Source of the DNA: Acutalibacteraceae bacterium
GTDB lineage: Bacteria; Bacillota; Clostridia; Oscillospirales; Acutalibacteraceae
Length of the DNA stretch: 54,823 nt
Direction: 5' to 3'
NCBI GenBank assembly: GCA_045656125.1
Contig: JAZOQN010000091.1
Span: forward strand, 1-54,823
The notes beneath the pieces were generated by a model, which did no database searches, was not told where the DNA came from, and worked only from the letters and a program-made list of their open reading frames with translations. Shown piece by piece: positions 1 to 9,334 of the stretch (the stretch's first letter is position 1; every line of letters begins with the position of its first letter). Made by a program: the position numbers and the translations under genes.

Positions 1-906
1 AAAAGCTTGTTCATGAGTACCACCATCAATAGTATGAAGGGTATTAGCAAAAGATAAAATTTTACTATCATATGCAGTAGACCAAAGAAGAGCTATTTCT
101 GCAGTTTCATCATTTTTGCTACCTGAAAGATATATAACCTCATTAATTAAACTTTCTTTTTTAATACCTGCAAGTAAATATTCAACGTATGACTTAATAC
201 CACCCTCAAAACAAAGGTCGTCACTTTTGCCTATTGTGGGTATTGCTTCGTCTGTTCTACGATCAGTAAGCACAACACGAATACCTGCGTTAAGAAAAGC
301 CTGCTCTCTTAAACGATTAAGCAAAATATCGTAATCATAAAGAGTAGTATCAGTAAAAATTGTTGGGTCGGGCTTAAATGTAACGGTAGTACCTGTTTCA
401 TTTGTAGTTCCAATTACATCAAGGTCACTGACAATGGCACCCTTTTCATATCTTTGTTTATAAATATTTTTACCGTCTTTAACCTCAACTTCTAACCAAG
501 AAGACAAAGCGTTAACAACCGATGCACCAACACCGTGAAGTCCTCCCGAAACCTTATATCCGCTTCCGCCGAACTTACCGCCTGCGTGCAAAATTGTAAA
601 TACAACCGTTACGGTAGGAATACCTTTTTGCGGGTTGATACCTGTAGGGATACCACGTCCGTTATCGGTAACACGAATAATACCGTCGTCCAAAATTTCG
701 ACAGTAATTTTATCGCAATATCCGGCTAAAGCCTCGTCAATCGAGTTATCGACGATTTCATAAACCAGGTGATGTAAACCTCTTTCACCGGTCGAACCGA
801 TATACATACCGGGACGCTTTCTGACCGCTTCAAGACCTTCCAAAACCTGTATGGAATTTTCGTCGTAATTTTCGGTAACGATGGGTGTTTTGTTTTCGTT
901 GCTCAT
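1..906 (-). CDS. gyrB: DNA gyrase subunit B, N-terminal ~302 codons (gene runs off the window start)
   Basis: Absent from the ORF track because it is open-ended. My translation of the minus strand from the ATG at 906-904 (AGGAG about 8 nt upstream) reads [64 protein letters not shown]..., a typical GyrB GHKL ATPase N-terminus. It sits in the conserved position after recF-remB. Confidence 0.93.
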   Translation of the reverse strand, partial: MSNENKTPIVTENYDENSIQVLEGLEAVRKRPGMYIGSTGERGLHHLVYEIVDNSIDEALAGYCDKITVEILDDGIIRVTDNGRGIPTGINPQKGIPTVTVVFTILHAGGKFGGSGYKVSGGLHGVGASVVNALSSWLEVEVKDGKNIYKQRYEKGAIVSDLDVIGTTNETGTTVTFKPDPTIFTDTTLYDYDILLNRLREQAFLNAGIRVVLTDRRTDEAIPTIGKSDDLCFEGGIKSYVEYLLAGIKKESLINEVIYLSGSKNDETAEIALLWSTAYDSKILSFANTLHTIDGGTHEQAF

Positions 907-938
907 TTTAATCTCCTTTTAAGAAGTTTTAATTAAAA

Positions 939-1205
939 TTATTCGTAGAATATTTTTTTGGATTTTGAACGTTTTTCGAGTGTTTGCGAAGAAAGTTGCG
1001 AAATATATATTTTTTGATTTTCTTTTTCTTTTACAACAACAAAGGATTTAGGTAATTCGAACGATACATTAACCGTCTTTTTCTTTTTTTCAGCGGAATT
1101 TAAGAAATCTCTTGAAATTTTTGAAACAGTTGTGGTATCCATATCAAAAATTCCAATAATATCCTTTTTTTTAACCACCGTATCTTGACCTAAATGCAAA
1201 TACAT
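939..1205 (-). CDS. remB: DUF370 / RemB (YaaB)-like small protein
   Basis: An 88-aa ORF between recF and gyrB, the conserved Bacillus-type position of yaaB/remB. The sequence MYLHLGQDTVVKKKDIIGIFDMD... fits the DUF370 pattern. Confidence 0.7.
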   Translation of the reverse strand: MYLHLGQDTVVKKKDIIGIFDMDTTTVSKISRDFLNSAEKKKKTVNVSFELPKSFVVVKEKENQKIYISQLSSQTLEKRSKSKKIFYE

Positions 1206-1210
1206 ATTTC

Positions 1211-2287
1211 TTACCTTTCAATAAGTTTACCGTTTTCAATTTCGAAAATCTTTCCTTTTTTCAAATTTTCGAAATTTGCTACATCACAGCAAGTAATAAA
1301 TACCTGCCAATCCTTTATATGATTCAAAATATAGTTTTGACGGGAAATATCAAGCTCACTCATTACATCATCAAGGAGTGCCACCGGTATTTGACCGGTT
1401 ATTTCAGAAATTACCGCAGATTCAGCCAACTTTAATGCTAACGCCGCGGAACGTTTTTGACCTTGTGAACCAAAACTTCTTGCACTTATACCGTTAATTT
1501 TAATATCTATATCATCACGGTGAGGCCCTATTGATGTTGAAAGTGACTGCATATCGCTTTTTCGGAAATTTTTAAGATTAATTAAAAATTCTTCTGTATT
1601 TTCACCGGCAGACGATTCATAATTTACCGAAATTTTTTCTTTACCGTTTGAAATTCCGCAATAAATTTCAGGTAAATATTTATTAATTTTTTCAGTAAAA
1701 TTTTTTCGGTATTTGATTATACTGCAACCAGTTTCAGCTAACTCTTTTTCAAAATCTTCAATAAATTCTTCCATATTAGGATTAAATTTAAGATTTTTTA
1801 AAATTGAATTACGCTGTTCGAGTGCTTTAATATACCGCTTTGAAATACCTATAAATGCAGGATAAAGTTGACAAATCGCAGTATCTAAAAATTTTCGCCT
1901 GCAAATTGGCCCGTCTTTCACAATATTAAGGTCATTCGGTGAAAAAACAATACAAGTAATTTTTCCTGCAAGTGCAGAAGCGTGAGGATATTCAACATCG
2001 TTTAGCACAGCACTTCTGGTTTTATTAATTTTAATAATACAATTTTGTTCTCGAGTTTCATTAAAAAAATCTAACTCTAATTCTGCAAAATCACTATTAA
2101 AATTTATTAATTCACTGTCTTTAGCACCGCGAAAACTTTTTGCTCCCGTAAAACACCATAAACTTTCTAAAATATTGGTTTTGCCTTGAGCATTTTGACC
2201 GTAGATTACATTCATTCCACTGTCAAAATTAAAATTTTCTGAAACAATATTTCTAAAATTTTTGATTTTTAAACTTTTAAAAATCAT
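1211..2287 (-). CDS. recF: DNA replication/repair protein RecF
   Basis: 358 aa with an N-terminal Walker A (GQNAQGKTNILE), an SMC-like signature (SQGQKRSAALALKLAE) and a Walker B (LLDDVMSELD). It is in the dnaN-yaaA-recF synteny. Confidence 0.95.
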   Translation of the reverse strand: MIFKSLKIKNFRNIVSENFNFDSGMNVIYGQNAQGKTNILESLWCFTGAKSFRGAKDSELINFNSDFAELELDFFNETREQNCIIKINKTRSAVLNDVEYPHASALAGKITCIVFSPNDLNIVKDGPICRRKFLDTAICQLYPAFIGISKRYIKALEQRNSILKNLKFNPNMEEFIEDFEKELAETGCSIIKYRKNFTEKINKYLPEIYCGISNGKEKISVNYESSAGENTEEFLINLKNFRKSDMQSLSTSIGPHRDDIDIKINGISARSFGSQGQKRSAALALKLAESAVISEITGQIPVALLDDVMSELDISRQNYILNHIKDWQVFITCCDVANFENLKKGKIFEIENGKLIER

Positions 2288-2497
2288 TTATCTTACAACC
2301 TTAATAGTCTGACTTTGAAATTCAACAATTTCACCACCGCGAAGTTTTTTTCCACGCATAGTACAAACTTCACCGTCTACTTTTACTAATCCATCTTGAA
2401 TAACTGCTTTAGCCATTCCGCCGGTACCAAGTAAACCTGCAAATTTCAATAAATCATCCAATTTTATATATTCTGTATGAATTCTTATTTCTTGCAT
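2288..2497 (-). CDS. yaaA: S4-domain RNA-binding protein YaaA
   Basis: 69 aa, [42 protein letters not shown] is S4-like. Its start overlaps the dnaN stop (TAATG) and it abuts the recF start. Confidence 0.85.
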   Translation of the reverse strand: MQEIRIHTEYIKLDDLLKFAGLLGTGGMAKAVIQDGLVKVDGEVCTMRGKKLRGGEIVEFQSQTIKVVR

Positions 2498-3603
2498 TAT
2501 TCAGCCTTCAATCTCATGGGCATTACCATATAAATAAAATCGTCGCCCTCTTTAGGTAATATAATTACTGATGCAAAAGCACCGTTAAAATTCATTGTAA
2601 CTTCTTCACAATCACAATTTTTCAATGCTTCGAGTAAAAATCTGTTATTTATACCAATTTCAAATGTATCACCGGTGATTTCGGTTTTATAAGAATCCGT
2701 AGCACGTCCCAAAGCTGTTGCACAAGAAAATACAATTTCATCTGTTTCAATTTTGCATCTCATAGGAGTTTTTAACTGGTCATTAATAATAAGTGAAATT
2801 CTTTCAATAGTTGAAGCAACTGCTTTTGTATTAATTTTAATTGTTGTTGAGAATGAAGAAGGCATAATTTTCTTATAATCAATAAATTCACCTTCAATTT
2901 TACGGGAAACAACCGAATAACCATCAACACTCATTGCAACATGACGGCGACCAACAAAAAATTCAATATTTTCATCATCTTCTGTTATAATTTTTACAAC
3001 TTCACCGATTGTTTTTGCAGAAATTACAAAAGACATTGTTTTTCCTAAATTCAAAATCTGTTTTCTTACAGCTAAACGGTAACCGTCAACACCGACAACC
3101 TTAACATTATCAGGTTCAACATCAAATAAAAGTCCGGTTAAAATAGGTTTTTGAGCATCTGCCTGAGCTGTTGCAAAAACAGTTTGACGTACCATATCTT
3201 TTAATGTTTCGCACGGGAATACCAATCTTTCACAATCATCAACTGTGGGCATTTCAGGAAAATCTGATGCCGGCATACCCATAATATCAAACATTGCCGA
3301 ACCGCATTTTATTTTACAAACCAAACGGTCGTTAACTTCAAAAGAAACTGTATCATCGGTCATACTTCTTAAAATATCACCTAAAAGTTTAGCTTTAAAA
3401 ACAATGCTACCTTCTTCTGCACAAGTGATATCAATTGTTTTAGTCATACCTATTTCCAAATTGTATGCCATCATTTTTAAACCATCAGAAGTAGCATTCA
3501 TATAGATTCCTTCTAAAACTGGAAAAGTTGCTTTTGTTGCAACTGCACGGGATAAATTCATAACTGCTTCGCATAATTTTTCGCGGTTTACCAAAAATCT
3601 CAT
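2497..3603 (-). CDS. dnaN: DNA polymerase III beta sliding clamp
   Basis: 368 aa starting [35 protein letters not shown]..., the typical DnaN N-terminus. It lies immediately downstream of dnaA. Confidence 0.96.
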   Translation of the reverse strand: MRFLVNREKLCEAVMNLSRAVATKATFPVLEGIYMNATSDGLKMMAYNLEIGMTKTIDITCAEEGSIVFKAKLLGDILRSMTDDTVSFEVNDRLVCKIKCGSAMFDIMGMPASDFPEMPTVDDCERLVFPCETLKDMVRQTVFATAQADAQKPILTGLLFDVEPDNVKVVGVDGYRLAVRKQILNLGKTMSFVISAKTIGEVVKIITEDDENIEFFVGRRHVAMSVDGYSVVSRKIEGEFIDYKKIMPSSFSTTIKINTKAVASTIERISLIINDQLKTPMRCKIETDEIVFSCATALGRATDSYKTEITGDTFEIGINNRFLLEALKNCDCEEVTMNFNGAFASVIILPKEGDDFIYMVMPMRLKAE

Positions 3604-3855
3604 TTTTAAAATTCCTTCCCTTTTTATTTATCTTTTAAAATAGTAGTAATAGTAGGTGTTGTTGAAAAGGTTAAAAACTTGAAAACACTGTTTAAATTAA
3701 GGAAAAATTAAAATAGTTTTTATCAACATGTAATTAACAGCGATGTTAATAAAAAATTAAAAAAATTTTCAATTAACAATGATGTTAATAAGTTATTGTT
3801 AATACCTGTTAATAAGTGGATAAGTTTATACCTTTATGTTAACAAAAGTAACTGA
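3604..3855. other. oriC candidate (dnaA-dnaN intergenic): box cluster, trio-like run and AT-rich DUE candidate
   Basis: 9-mers related to the DnaA box TTATCCACA/TGTGGATAA: TTATCAACA 3720-3728, TAATTAACA 3731-3739, TGTTAATAA 3744-3752, CAATTAACA 3770-3778, TGTTAATAA 3783-3791, TGTTAATAC 3797-3805, TGTTAATAA 3807-3815, AGTGGATAA 3815-3823, TGTTAACAA 3837-3845. A TAGTAGTAATAGTAG run is at 3641-3655, next to AT-only sequence at 3621-3640. Confidence 0.75.
3641..3655 (+). promoter_or_regulatory. DnaA-trio-like trinucleotide run (TAG TAG TAA TAG TAG)
   Basis: Five consecutive 5'-TAG/TAA-3' triplets (equal to 3'-GAT/AAT-5'). They lie between the AT-rich stretch and the box cluster, followed by GGTG. 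The order boxes, GC, trios, AT-rich matches the B. subtilis incC layout. Confidence 0.5.
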
Positions 3856-5160
3856 TTAATTTTTGACATTTTTTATAATATCGTCAACAAGTTTTCTTTC
3901 ATATTCATTTTCTTTAAGTTTTGTTTTAATTTTTTCAATAGTATAAAGAACAGTTGTATGGTCTTTATTAAATTTTTTACCAATATCGGTTGATGAAAGG
4001 GACATAACTTGATTAACAATATACATTGAAATTTGACGTGCATAAGCAATATCTGCTTGTTTTTTACGTGAATAAATATCCTCTGAAGAAACATTATAAG
4101 TTCTTGAAACCTCTTCAACAATTTTTTCAACCGTTACAGGTTCAGGTAAAGTTTCGCTTACAACGTCTTTAATATATCGTTGAACAATAGGTAATGTTAA
4201 ATTATTTGAATGAACTGTTACATAAGCTTTAAGTTTTTTAATAATTCCTTCTAACTGACGTATATTACTTTTAATTTGTTCGGCAATTGAATAAAGAATA
4301 TCATCACTTACATCAAGTTCTAATTGGTCAGCTTTTTGTTTTAAAATACCAAACCTTGTTTCGAAATCCGGACTTTGAATATCTGCCATCATTCCGCTTT
4401 CCATACGGGAACGGATTCTATCTTCCAAAGTTTTAATTTCTTTGGGCGGACGGTCAGAAGTAACAACAATTTGACGTTCCGGATATAAAGCGTTGAAAGT
4501 ATTAAAAAATTCTTCCTGAGCACGTTCTTTACCGGCAATGAAATGAATATCATCTATTAATAAAACATCAACATTTCTAAAACGTTCATGGAAAAGGTCA
4601 GTTGTTTGGTTACGGATTGCTTGAATAAGTTCATTAGTAAACTGTTCACCGCGTAAAAACAAAACCTGCTTGTCAGGAAAAGTTTTTTCAATACTGTTTT
4701 TTATAGCAAGCATAAGGTGAGTTTTACCTACACCTGAGTTTCCATATAAGAATAATGGGTTATACTGATTTGAAAAAGGCTTTGCAGCAACCGCCTTAGC
4801 TGAAGCATGGGCAATTTGGTTAGACGGACCTACAACAAAATTTTCAAAAGTGTAAATATCTTGAGTATTTGAAACTTCACCCGAAGGTTTTTTAGGTTCG
4901 TCTGATTGAACAATGATTTCAATTGTCATAGGAAGACCTGAAACTTCTTCACAGACTTTTTCTAAAATTGCTTTATAGTAACCGTCAACAGTCTTCTTTT
5001 TCCATTCATTATTTGCGGCTAAAGTAAGAACGCCGTCATCGGTTGAAATAGGAGTTAAATCCAAAATCCAAGCTTTTAGACCAACTTCGGTAATTTTTTC
5101 TTTATTTCGACATTCTGAAATAATTTCTTCCCATAAATCGAATATGGAATTAATAGCCAT
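3856..5160 (-). CDS. dnaA: Chromosomal replication initiator protein DnaA
   Basis: 434 aa with AAA+ Walker A (GNSGVGKTHL), Walker B (LLIDDIHF) and a C-terminal domain IV helix-turn-helix (...IGKKFNKDHTTVLYTIEKI). Confidence 0.97.
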   Translation of the reverse strand: MAINSIFDLWEEIISECRNKEKITEVGLKAWILDLTPISTDDGVLTLAANNEWKKKTVDGYYKAILEKVCEEVSGLPMTIEIIVQSDEPKKPSGEVSNTQDIYTFENFVVGPSNQIAHASAKAVAAKPFSNQYNPLFLYGNSGVGKTHLMLAIKNSIEKTFPDKQVLFLRGEQFTNELIQAIRNQTTDLFHERFRNVDVLLIDDIHFIAGKERAQEEFFNTFNALYPERQIVVTSDRPPKEIKTLEDRIRSRMESGMMADIQSPDFETRFGILKQKADQLELDVSDDILYSIAEQIKSNIRQLEGIIKKLKAYVTVHSNNLTLPIVQRYIKDVVSETLPEPVTVEKIVEEVSRTYNVSSEDIYSRKKQADIAYARQISMYIVNQVMSLSSTDIGKKFNKDHTTVLYTIEKIKTKLKENEYERKLVDDIIKNVKN

Positions 5161-5300
5161 TTTCCACTTTCCCCTTCAAAATTTTTATTAAAAATATGTA
5201 AATCAGCAATTATTAACAGTTAAATTTCAGGTTGTTAATAACCTAAAAATAACATACGTATATCCATTTAAAATTGTACCACAAATCTTATTTTTTTTCA
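5161..5300. promoter_or_regulatory. dnaA upstream region with an inverted pair of variant DnaA boxes
   Basis: TTATTAACA at 5210-5218 and its exact reverse complement TGTTAATAA at 5233-5241, 14 nt apart. This is the same 9-mer that recurs in the dnaA-dnaN spacer. The dnaA promoter should lie here but I did not place it confidently. Confidence 0.6.
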
Positions 5301-5362
5301 AGGAAATTTGGCGAATTTTTGTATAATTTTTGAGTAAATTTTTATAAATTCGAGCAGAAAAA

Positions 5363-5397
5363 AATAACCCTTAAATTATTTATAATTTAAGGGTTAT
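5363..5397 (-). terminator. Rho-independent terminator after ttcA
   Basis: Inverted repeat aataacccttaaatta / taatttaagggttatt just downstream of the ttcA stop, in an A/T-rich context. Confidence 0.6.
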
Positions 5398-5414
5398 TTA
5401 TATTAAATTTTATA

Positions 5415-6242
5415 TTAAAATTTTTCAAGAAAACTATGCATTTCACCATCCAGTTTAAAACCCGGCAAAGTGTCAACATTACAACGGTGAATACTGTTAA
5501 AAAGATTCTTCTCAATTTCAGGATTTTTAAGTTTAAGCTCTTTTATAAGTTGTTTGATTTCACGGCGTTTGGAAGCGTTTTCATCAACTGCGGCACGTGC
5601 GGTTAATTTGCAAGCACAAGCAATAAATGAAAGCTCGTTATAATTTGCCCAATGAATAATATCTTCCTCTAAAACACAGTAAAGAGGACGGATAAGTTCC
5701 ATTCCGTCAAAATTGGTACTGTGAAGTTTAGGTAACATTCCCTGAATTTGAGAACCGTACATCATACTGAGTAACGTTGTTTCAATAACATCACTCATGT
5801 GATGTCCTAAAGCAATTTTATTGCAACCTAAATTTTTAGCTTCGTTGTAAAGATGTCCGCGTCGCATTCTTGCACACAAATAACAAGGAGATTCCGAAAC
5901 ATTATCAGCAATCTCAAAAATGTCGGTTTCAAAAATATGAATAGGTATATCTAAAATCTTGGCGTTTTCTACGATTTTTGCTCTGTTTTCAGTGTTATAT
6001 CCGGGGTCCATTACTATAAACTTTAATTCAAAAGGAATATCACTGTAACGTTGCAGCATTTTCATTAAAACGGCCAGCATCATTGAGTCTTTACCGCCTG
6101 AAATACAAACGGCAATTTTATCGTTTTCTTTTATAAGTTCATAGGTTTTGACACCTTCAATGAATTTATTCCAGATAGCTTTTCGGAATTTTTTATTGAT
6201 GCTACGTTCAGCTAATTCAGCTTTGGTTAATTCTCTTGCCAT
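5415..6242 (-). CDS. ttcA: PP-loop ATPase, tRNA 2-thiocytidine synthase TtcA-like
   Basis: 275 aa with the PP-loop SGGKDS and Cys motifs (CYLCARMRR, CACK) typical of the TtcA family. Confidence 0.7.
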   Translation of the reverse strand: MARELTKAELAERSINKKFRKAIWNKFIEGVKTYELIKENDKIAVCISGGKDSMMLAVLMKMLQRYSDIPFELKFIVMDPGYNTENRAKIVENAKILDIPIHIFETDIFEIADNVSESPCYLCARMRRGHLYNEAKNLGCNKIALGHHMSDVIETTLLSMMYGSQIQGMLPKLHSTNFDGMELIRPLYCVLEEDIIHWANYNELSFIACACKLTARAAVDENASKRREIKQLIKELKLKNPEIEKNLFNSIHRCNVDTLPGFKLDGEMHSFLEKF

Positions 6243-6246
6243 AATT

Positions 6247-6951
6247 TCACCTCAAAAGGTCTTTAATAACTTCTCCGGCAATAATAAGTCCTGCTACCGA
6301 CGGTACAAAAGGTACCGATGCGGGAGCACGCTTGCCGTCAGTTTTAGAGTCGGTTGAAATCGTTTGTTTCGGCATCTCCTCAGAAAAAACAACTTTGAGG
6401 TCTTTAATCCCTTGTTTTTTTAAATTTGACCGCATAACGCGAGCTAAAGGGCAGGATTTAGTTTTATAAATATCTGTAACTTTAAAAGCTGTCGGGTCAA
6501 GTTTATTTCCTGTTCCCATTGAGGAAATTATGGGAACGCCAAGAGTTTTTGCACGGCAAATTATGTCAATTTTTGCCGAAACTGTGTCAATCGCATCGAC
6601 AATATAATCATATTTAGAAAAATCGAAACTTTCGGCAGTTTCTTCACTGTAAAAAACGGGGAAAACAGTAACTTCACATTCAGGATTTATGTCTTTTATT
6701 CTTTTCTCTGCAACATTAACCTTTAACTGTCCAACTGTACTTTTAAGGGCAATAATTTGACGGTTAATATTACTTTCACTAACCTTGTCGGAATCAATCA
6801 AATCAATAGCACCAACGCCGGCACGTGCCAACGCTTCAACTGTAAAACTACCAACACCGCCAACGCCAAAAACGGCAACTCGGCAGTGTTTAAGGCGTTC
6901 GGTTGAGCCTTGACCTAACAAATTTTCTGTACGTGAAAACTGTTCTTTCAT
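6247..6951 (-). CDS. tcdA: ThiF/MoeB-fold tRNA threonylcarbamoyladenosine dehydratase TcdA-like
   Basis: 234 aa with a Rossmann GxGGxG (VAVFGVGGVGSF) followed by DxDxVxxSNxNRQ, the TcdA/YgdL pattern. Confidence 0.75.
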   Translation of the reverse strand: MKEQFSRTENLLGQGSTERLKHCRVAVFGVGGVGSFTVEALARAGVGAIDLIDSDKVSESNINRQIIALKSTVGQLKVNVAEKRIKDINPECEVTVFPVFYSEETAESFDFSKYDYIVDAIDTVSAKIDIICRAKTLGVPIISSMGTGNKLDPTAFKVTDIYKTKSCPLARVMRSNLKKQGIKDLKVVFSEEMPKQTISTDSKTDGKRAPASVPFVPSVAGLIIAGEVIKDLLR

Positions 6952-6972
6952 AATAACCTCAAAATAATTAAA

Positions 6973-8361
6973 TTAATCGTTTACGATGTTTCTAATCCAA
7001 TTACCTTTTTTAACCAAAACAAGACCAAGGAAGCTTTTTATTATATAAACTCCTTGAACCAAAGCGTATACCGGTAAAATATTTAAATTGGTATAACGAG
7101 AAAGTACAAATGCAAGCGGTACTGAAACGCACCACATAAATCCGCAGTCAAAAATGAATGTAACGAGCGATTTTCCGCCTGACCGCAAGGTGAAATATGA
7201 AGAATGAGTCAAAGAATCAAAAGGCATTGCAATTGCATTGATTATCATAATTCCGGTTGCGATTGAACGAACGTTTTGTTCTGTGTTATAAAGAAGCGGA
7301 ATAAAAGGAGATGCGGCAGCGTAAAGTCCGCCCATAAAAACGCTGGTTAAAAAACCAAAGGTAATGAGTTTTCTTGCTGTATCCATAACTTCGTTTAATT
7401 TGCCTGCTCCAAGCATATTTCCGATAATTATGCTTATAGCACTACCGGTTGCGATAAACACAACAGAGAATAGGTTCCAGAAAGTTTGAGCAATATTATC
7501 TGCGGCTACAACATCAACGCCTAAAACAGAATAGCTTTGGTTAAGAACAGCAACACCGGTTGCCCATAAAGTTTCGTTCAAAATTAAAGGTATTGATTTC
7601 TTTAGCATATTAATACAAAGAGAAATCGGAACGCGGAAATTCTTGAAAACGCCAACAATGTAAGGATTTTTTTCTTTATGTTTGTGTGTCCAAATTATTA
7701 CGATGGCGGCTTCAACAAATCTTGACAAAACTGTTGCAATAGCAGCACCGGTTGCCCCTAAAGCAGGAATTTTTAAGGGTGATATACCAAAAATTAAAAC
7801 CCAGTTAAAACTCAAATTCACCAAAACCGCAATAATACTTGCTTTCATTGGAAGAACTGTTTCACCGGTTTCACGCAAGGCACTGGAATAGCACTGTGTT
7901 AGGGTAAAGGGAATAAACCCAAGCATCATTACAAAAAGATAACTTTTTGCAGAATCAAATGCATTTGCGATTTCTTCGGCACTGCCTTCACCTTTTAAAT
8001 ATAACGTAATCAGCTTGTCACCGAGAAAATAAAAAAGCAAAAGACCGCCAACAGTTAAAATCAAACTAAGAATTAATTTAAATCTTAACGAATATTTTAA
8101 TCCTTGTTGGTCGTTTTTACCGTAGTATTGAGCACCGAAAATTCCAACGCCCGAAACGGCACCAAAAATACAAAGATTGAAAACAAATATCAATAAATTG
8201 GAAACCGAAACACCGGTCATAGCCGCTGTTCCAACGCGACCAACCATGATGTTGTCCAACATATTTACAAAGTTTGTGATACCGTTTTGTAGCATAATGG
8301 GTACGGCGATGGCTAAAACAAAACGGTAAAAAGCCTTGTCACCTATATATTTTTTGAGCAT
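6973..8361 (-). CDS. MATE family efflux transporter
   Basis: 462 aa, polytopic (about 12 TM). The N-terminal P(I/V)MLQN...NxxDxxMVG motif is typical of MATE/NorM. Confidence 0.85.
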   Translation of the reverse strand: MLKKYIGDKAFYRFVLAIAVPIMLQNGITNFVNMLDNIMVGRVGTAAMTGVSVSNLLIFVFNLCIFGAVSGVGIFGAQYYGKNDQQGLKYSLRFKLILSLILTVGGLLLFYFLGDKLITLYLKGEGSAEEIANAFDSAKSYLFVMMLGFIPFTLTQCYSSALRETGETVLPMKASIIAVLVNLSFNWVLIFGISPLKIPALGATGAAIATVLSRFVEAAIVIIWTHKHKEKNPYIVGVFKNFRVPISLCINMLKKSIPLILNETLWATGVAVLNQSYSVLGVDVVAADNIAQTFWNLFSVVFIATGSAISIIIGNMLGAGKLNEVMDTARKLITFGFLTSVFMGGLYAAASPFIPLLYNTEQNVRSIATGIMIINAIAMPFDSLTHSSYFTLRSGGKSLVTFIFDCGFMWCVSVPLAFVLSRYTNLNILPVYALVQGVYIIKSFLGLVLVKKGNWIRNIVND

Positions 8362-8404
8362 TGTATCACCTTATCAGTTTTTGCTTTGGGACTTATCAAA
8401 AAAA

Positions 8405-9121
8405 TTACATATTTCCGCTTTTGAGCATAACAGCAGCCAAAGCCGCAACCGGTGCGGTTTCGGCACGTAAAATACGTTTACCTAAACTCACGGTTTTTGC
8501 ACCGTTTTGAGCTAAACTTTCAGCCTCCGGCACAGTAAAACCGCCCTCAGGACCGATGATTACTGAAACAGTTTTGACGTTGTCATTAATAGTGTTCAAA
8601 TTTTCGGTTGCCAATTCATAACAAAATACGCATAAATCGTCCGTTGTTGCCAATTTAACCGCCTCATTAAAATGCAAAGTTTCATTTACTTTCGGTAAAA
8701 TACCTCTACCGCTTTGACCTGCGGCTTCGTCGGCAATTTTTTGCCATCTTTCTTGCTTTTTCTTCAGTGATTTTTCATCCGGACGTGAAACGCAGTTGGT
8801 TGAAAGCACGGGAACAATACGGCTAACCCCCATTTCAACAGCTTGGCGTACTGCTAAATCCATTTTGTCACCTTTTGTCAAGCAAAGGTAAAGAGTGACG
8901 AAAATTGTCGGTTCGGTATCGTTTTTGCGTTTTTCTTTTATTTCAAGTTCAACGCGTGAGTCCGAACATGCCGAAATCACACACGAATAGTCAAAACCTT
9001 TTGTATCGCAAACGGTTAATTTTTCGCCCACAGTCATACGCAATGAGCGTAAAATATGTTTTGCATCATCTCCGTCAATAAACGGACTAGACTCAAAAAA
9101 TTCTTTGAAAAATCGTGGCAT
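8405..9121 (-). CDS. rsmE: 16S rRNA (uracil1498-N3)-methyltransferase RsmE
   Basis: 238 aa starting MPRFF...DAKHILRSLRM (PUA-like N-terminus). C-terminal SPOUT motifs IIGPEGGF and LGKRILRAETA are present. Confidence 0.88.
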   Translation of the reverse strand: MPRFFKEFFESSPFIDGDDAKHILRSLRMTVGEKLTVCDTKGFDYSCVISACSDSRVELEIKEKRKNDTEPTIFVTLYLCLTKGDKMDLAVRQAVEMGVSRIVPVLSTNCVSRPDEKSLKKKQERWQKIADEAAGQSGRGILPKVNETLHFNEAVKLATTDDLCVFCYELATENLNTINDNVKTVSVIIGPEGGFTVPEAESLAQNGAKTVSLGKRILRAETAPVAALAAVMLKSGNM

Positions 9122-9240
9122 TTCACGTCACCTCCATATCAAATTATGATACCATTTTTACGGTTTATTGTCAAGGATTGCAGCAACGAAATAAAACAAT
9201 CCCCGATAAAATAAAACACCCCAAGTTTACATGAATGCAC

Positions 9241-9286
9241 AAAAAACCTCCTATGGTAGAATTAAAACAACTACCACAGGAGGTTT
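9241..9286 (-). terminator. Rho-independent terminator after the ABC-FtsX gene
   Basis: Stem cctcctatggtag / ctaccacaggagg (1 mismatch), with a T-run on the minus strand (A-run 9241-9246 on plus). Confidence 0.7.
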
Positions 9287-9334
9287 CATCGTTAATTTTT
9301 AATGAGTTTGTTCATTGAAACAGAGATTTTTAAA

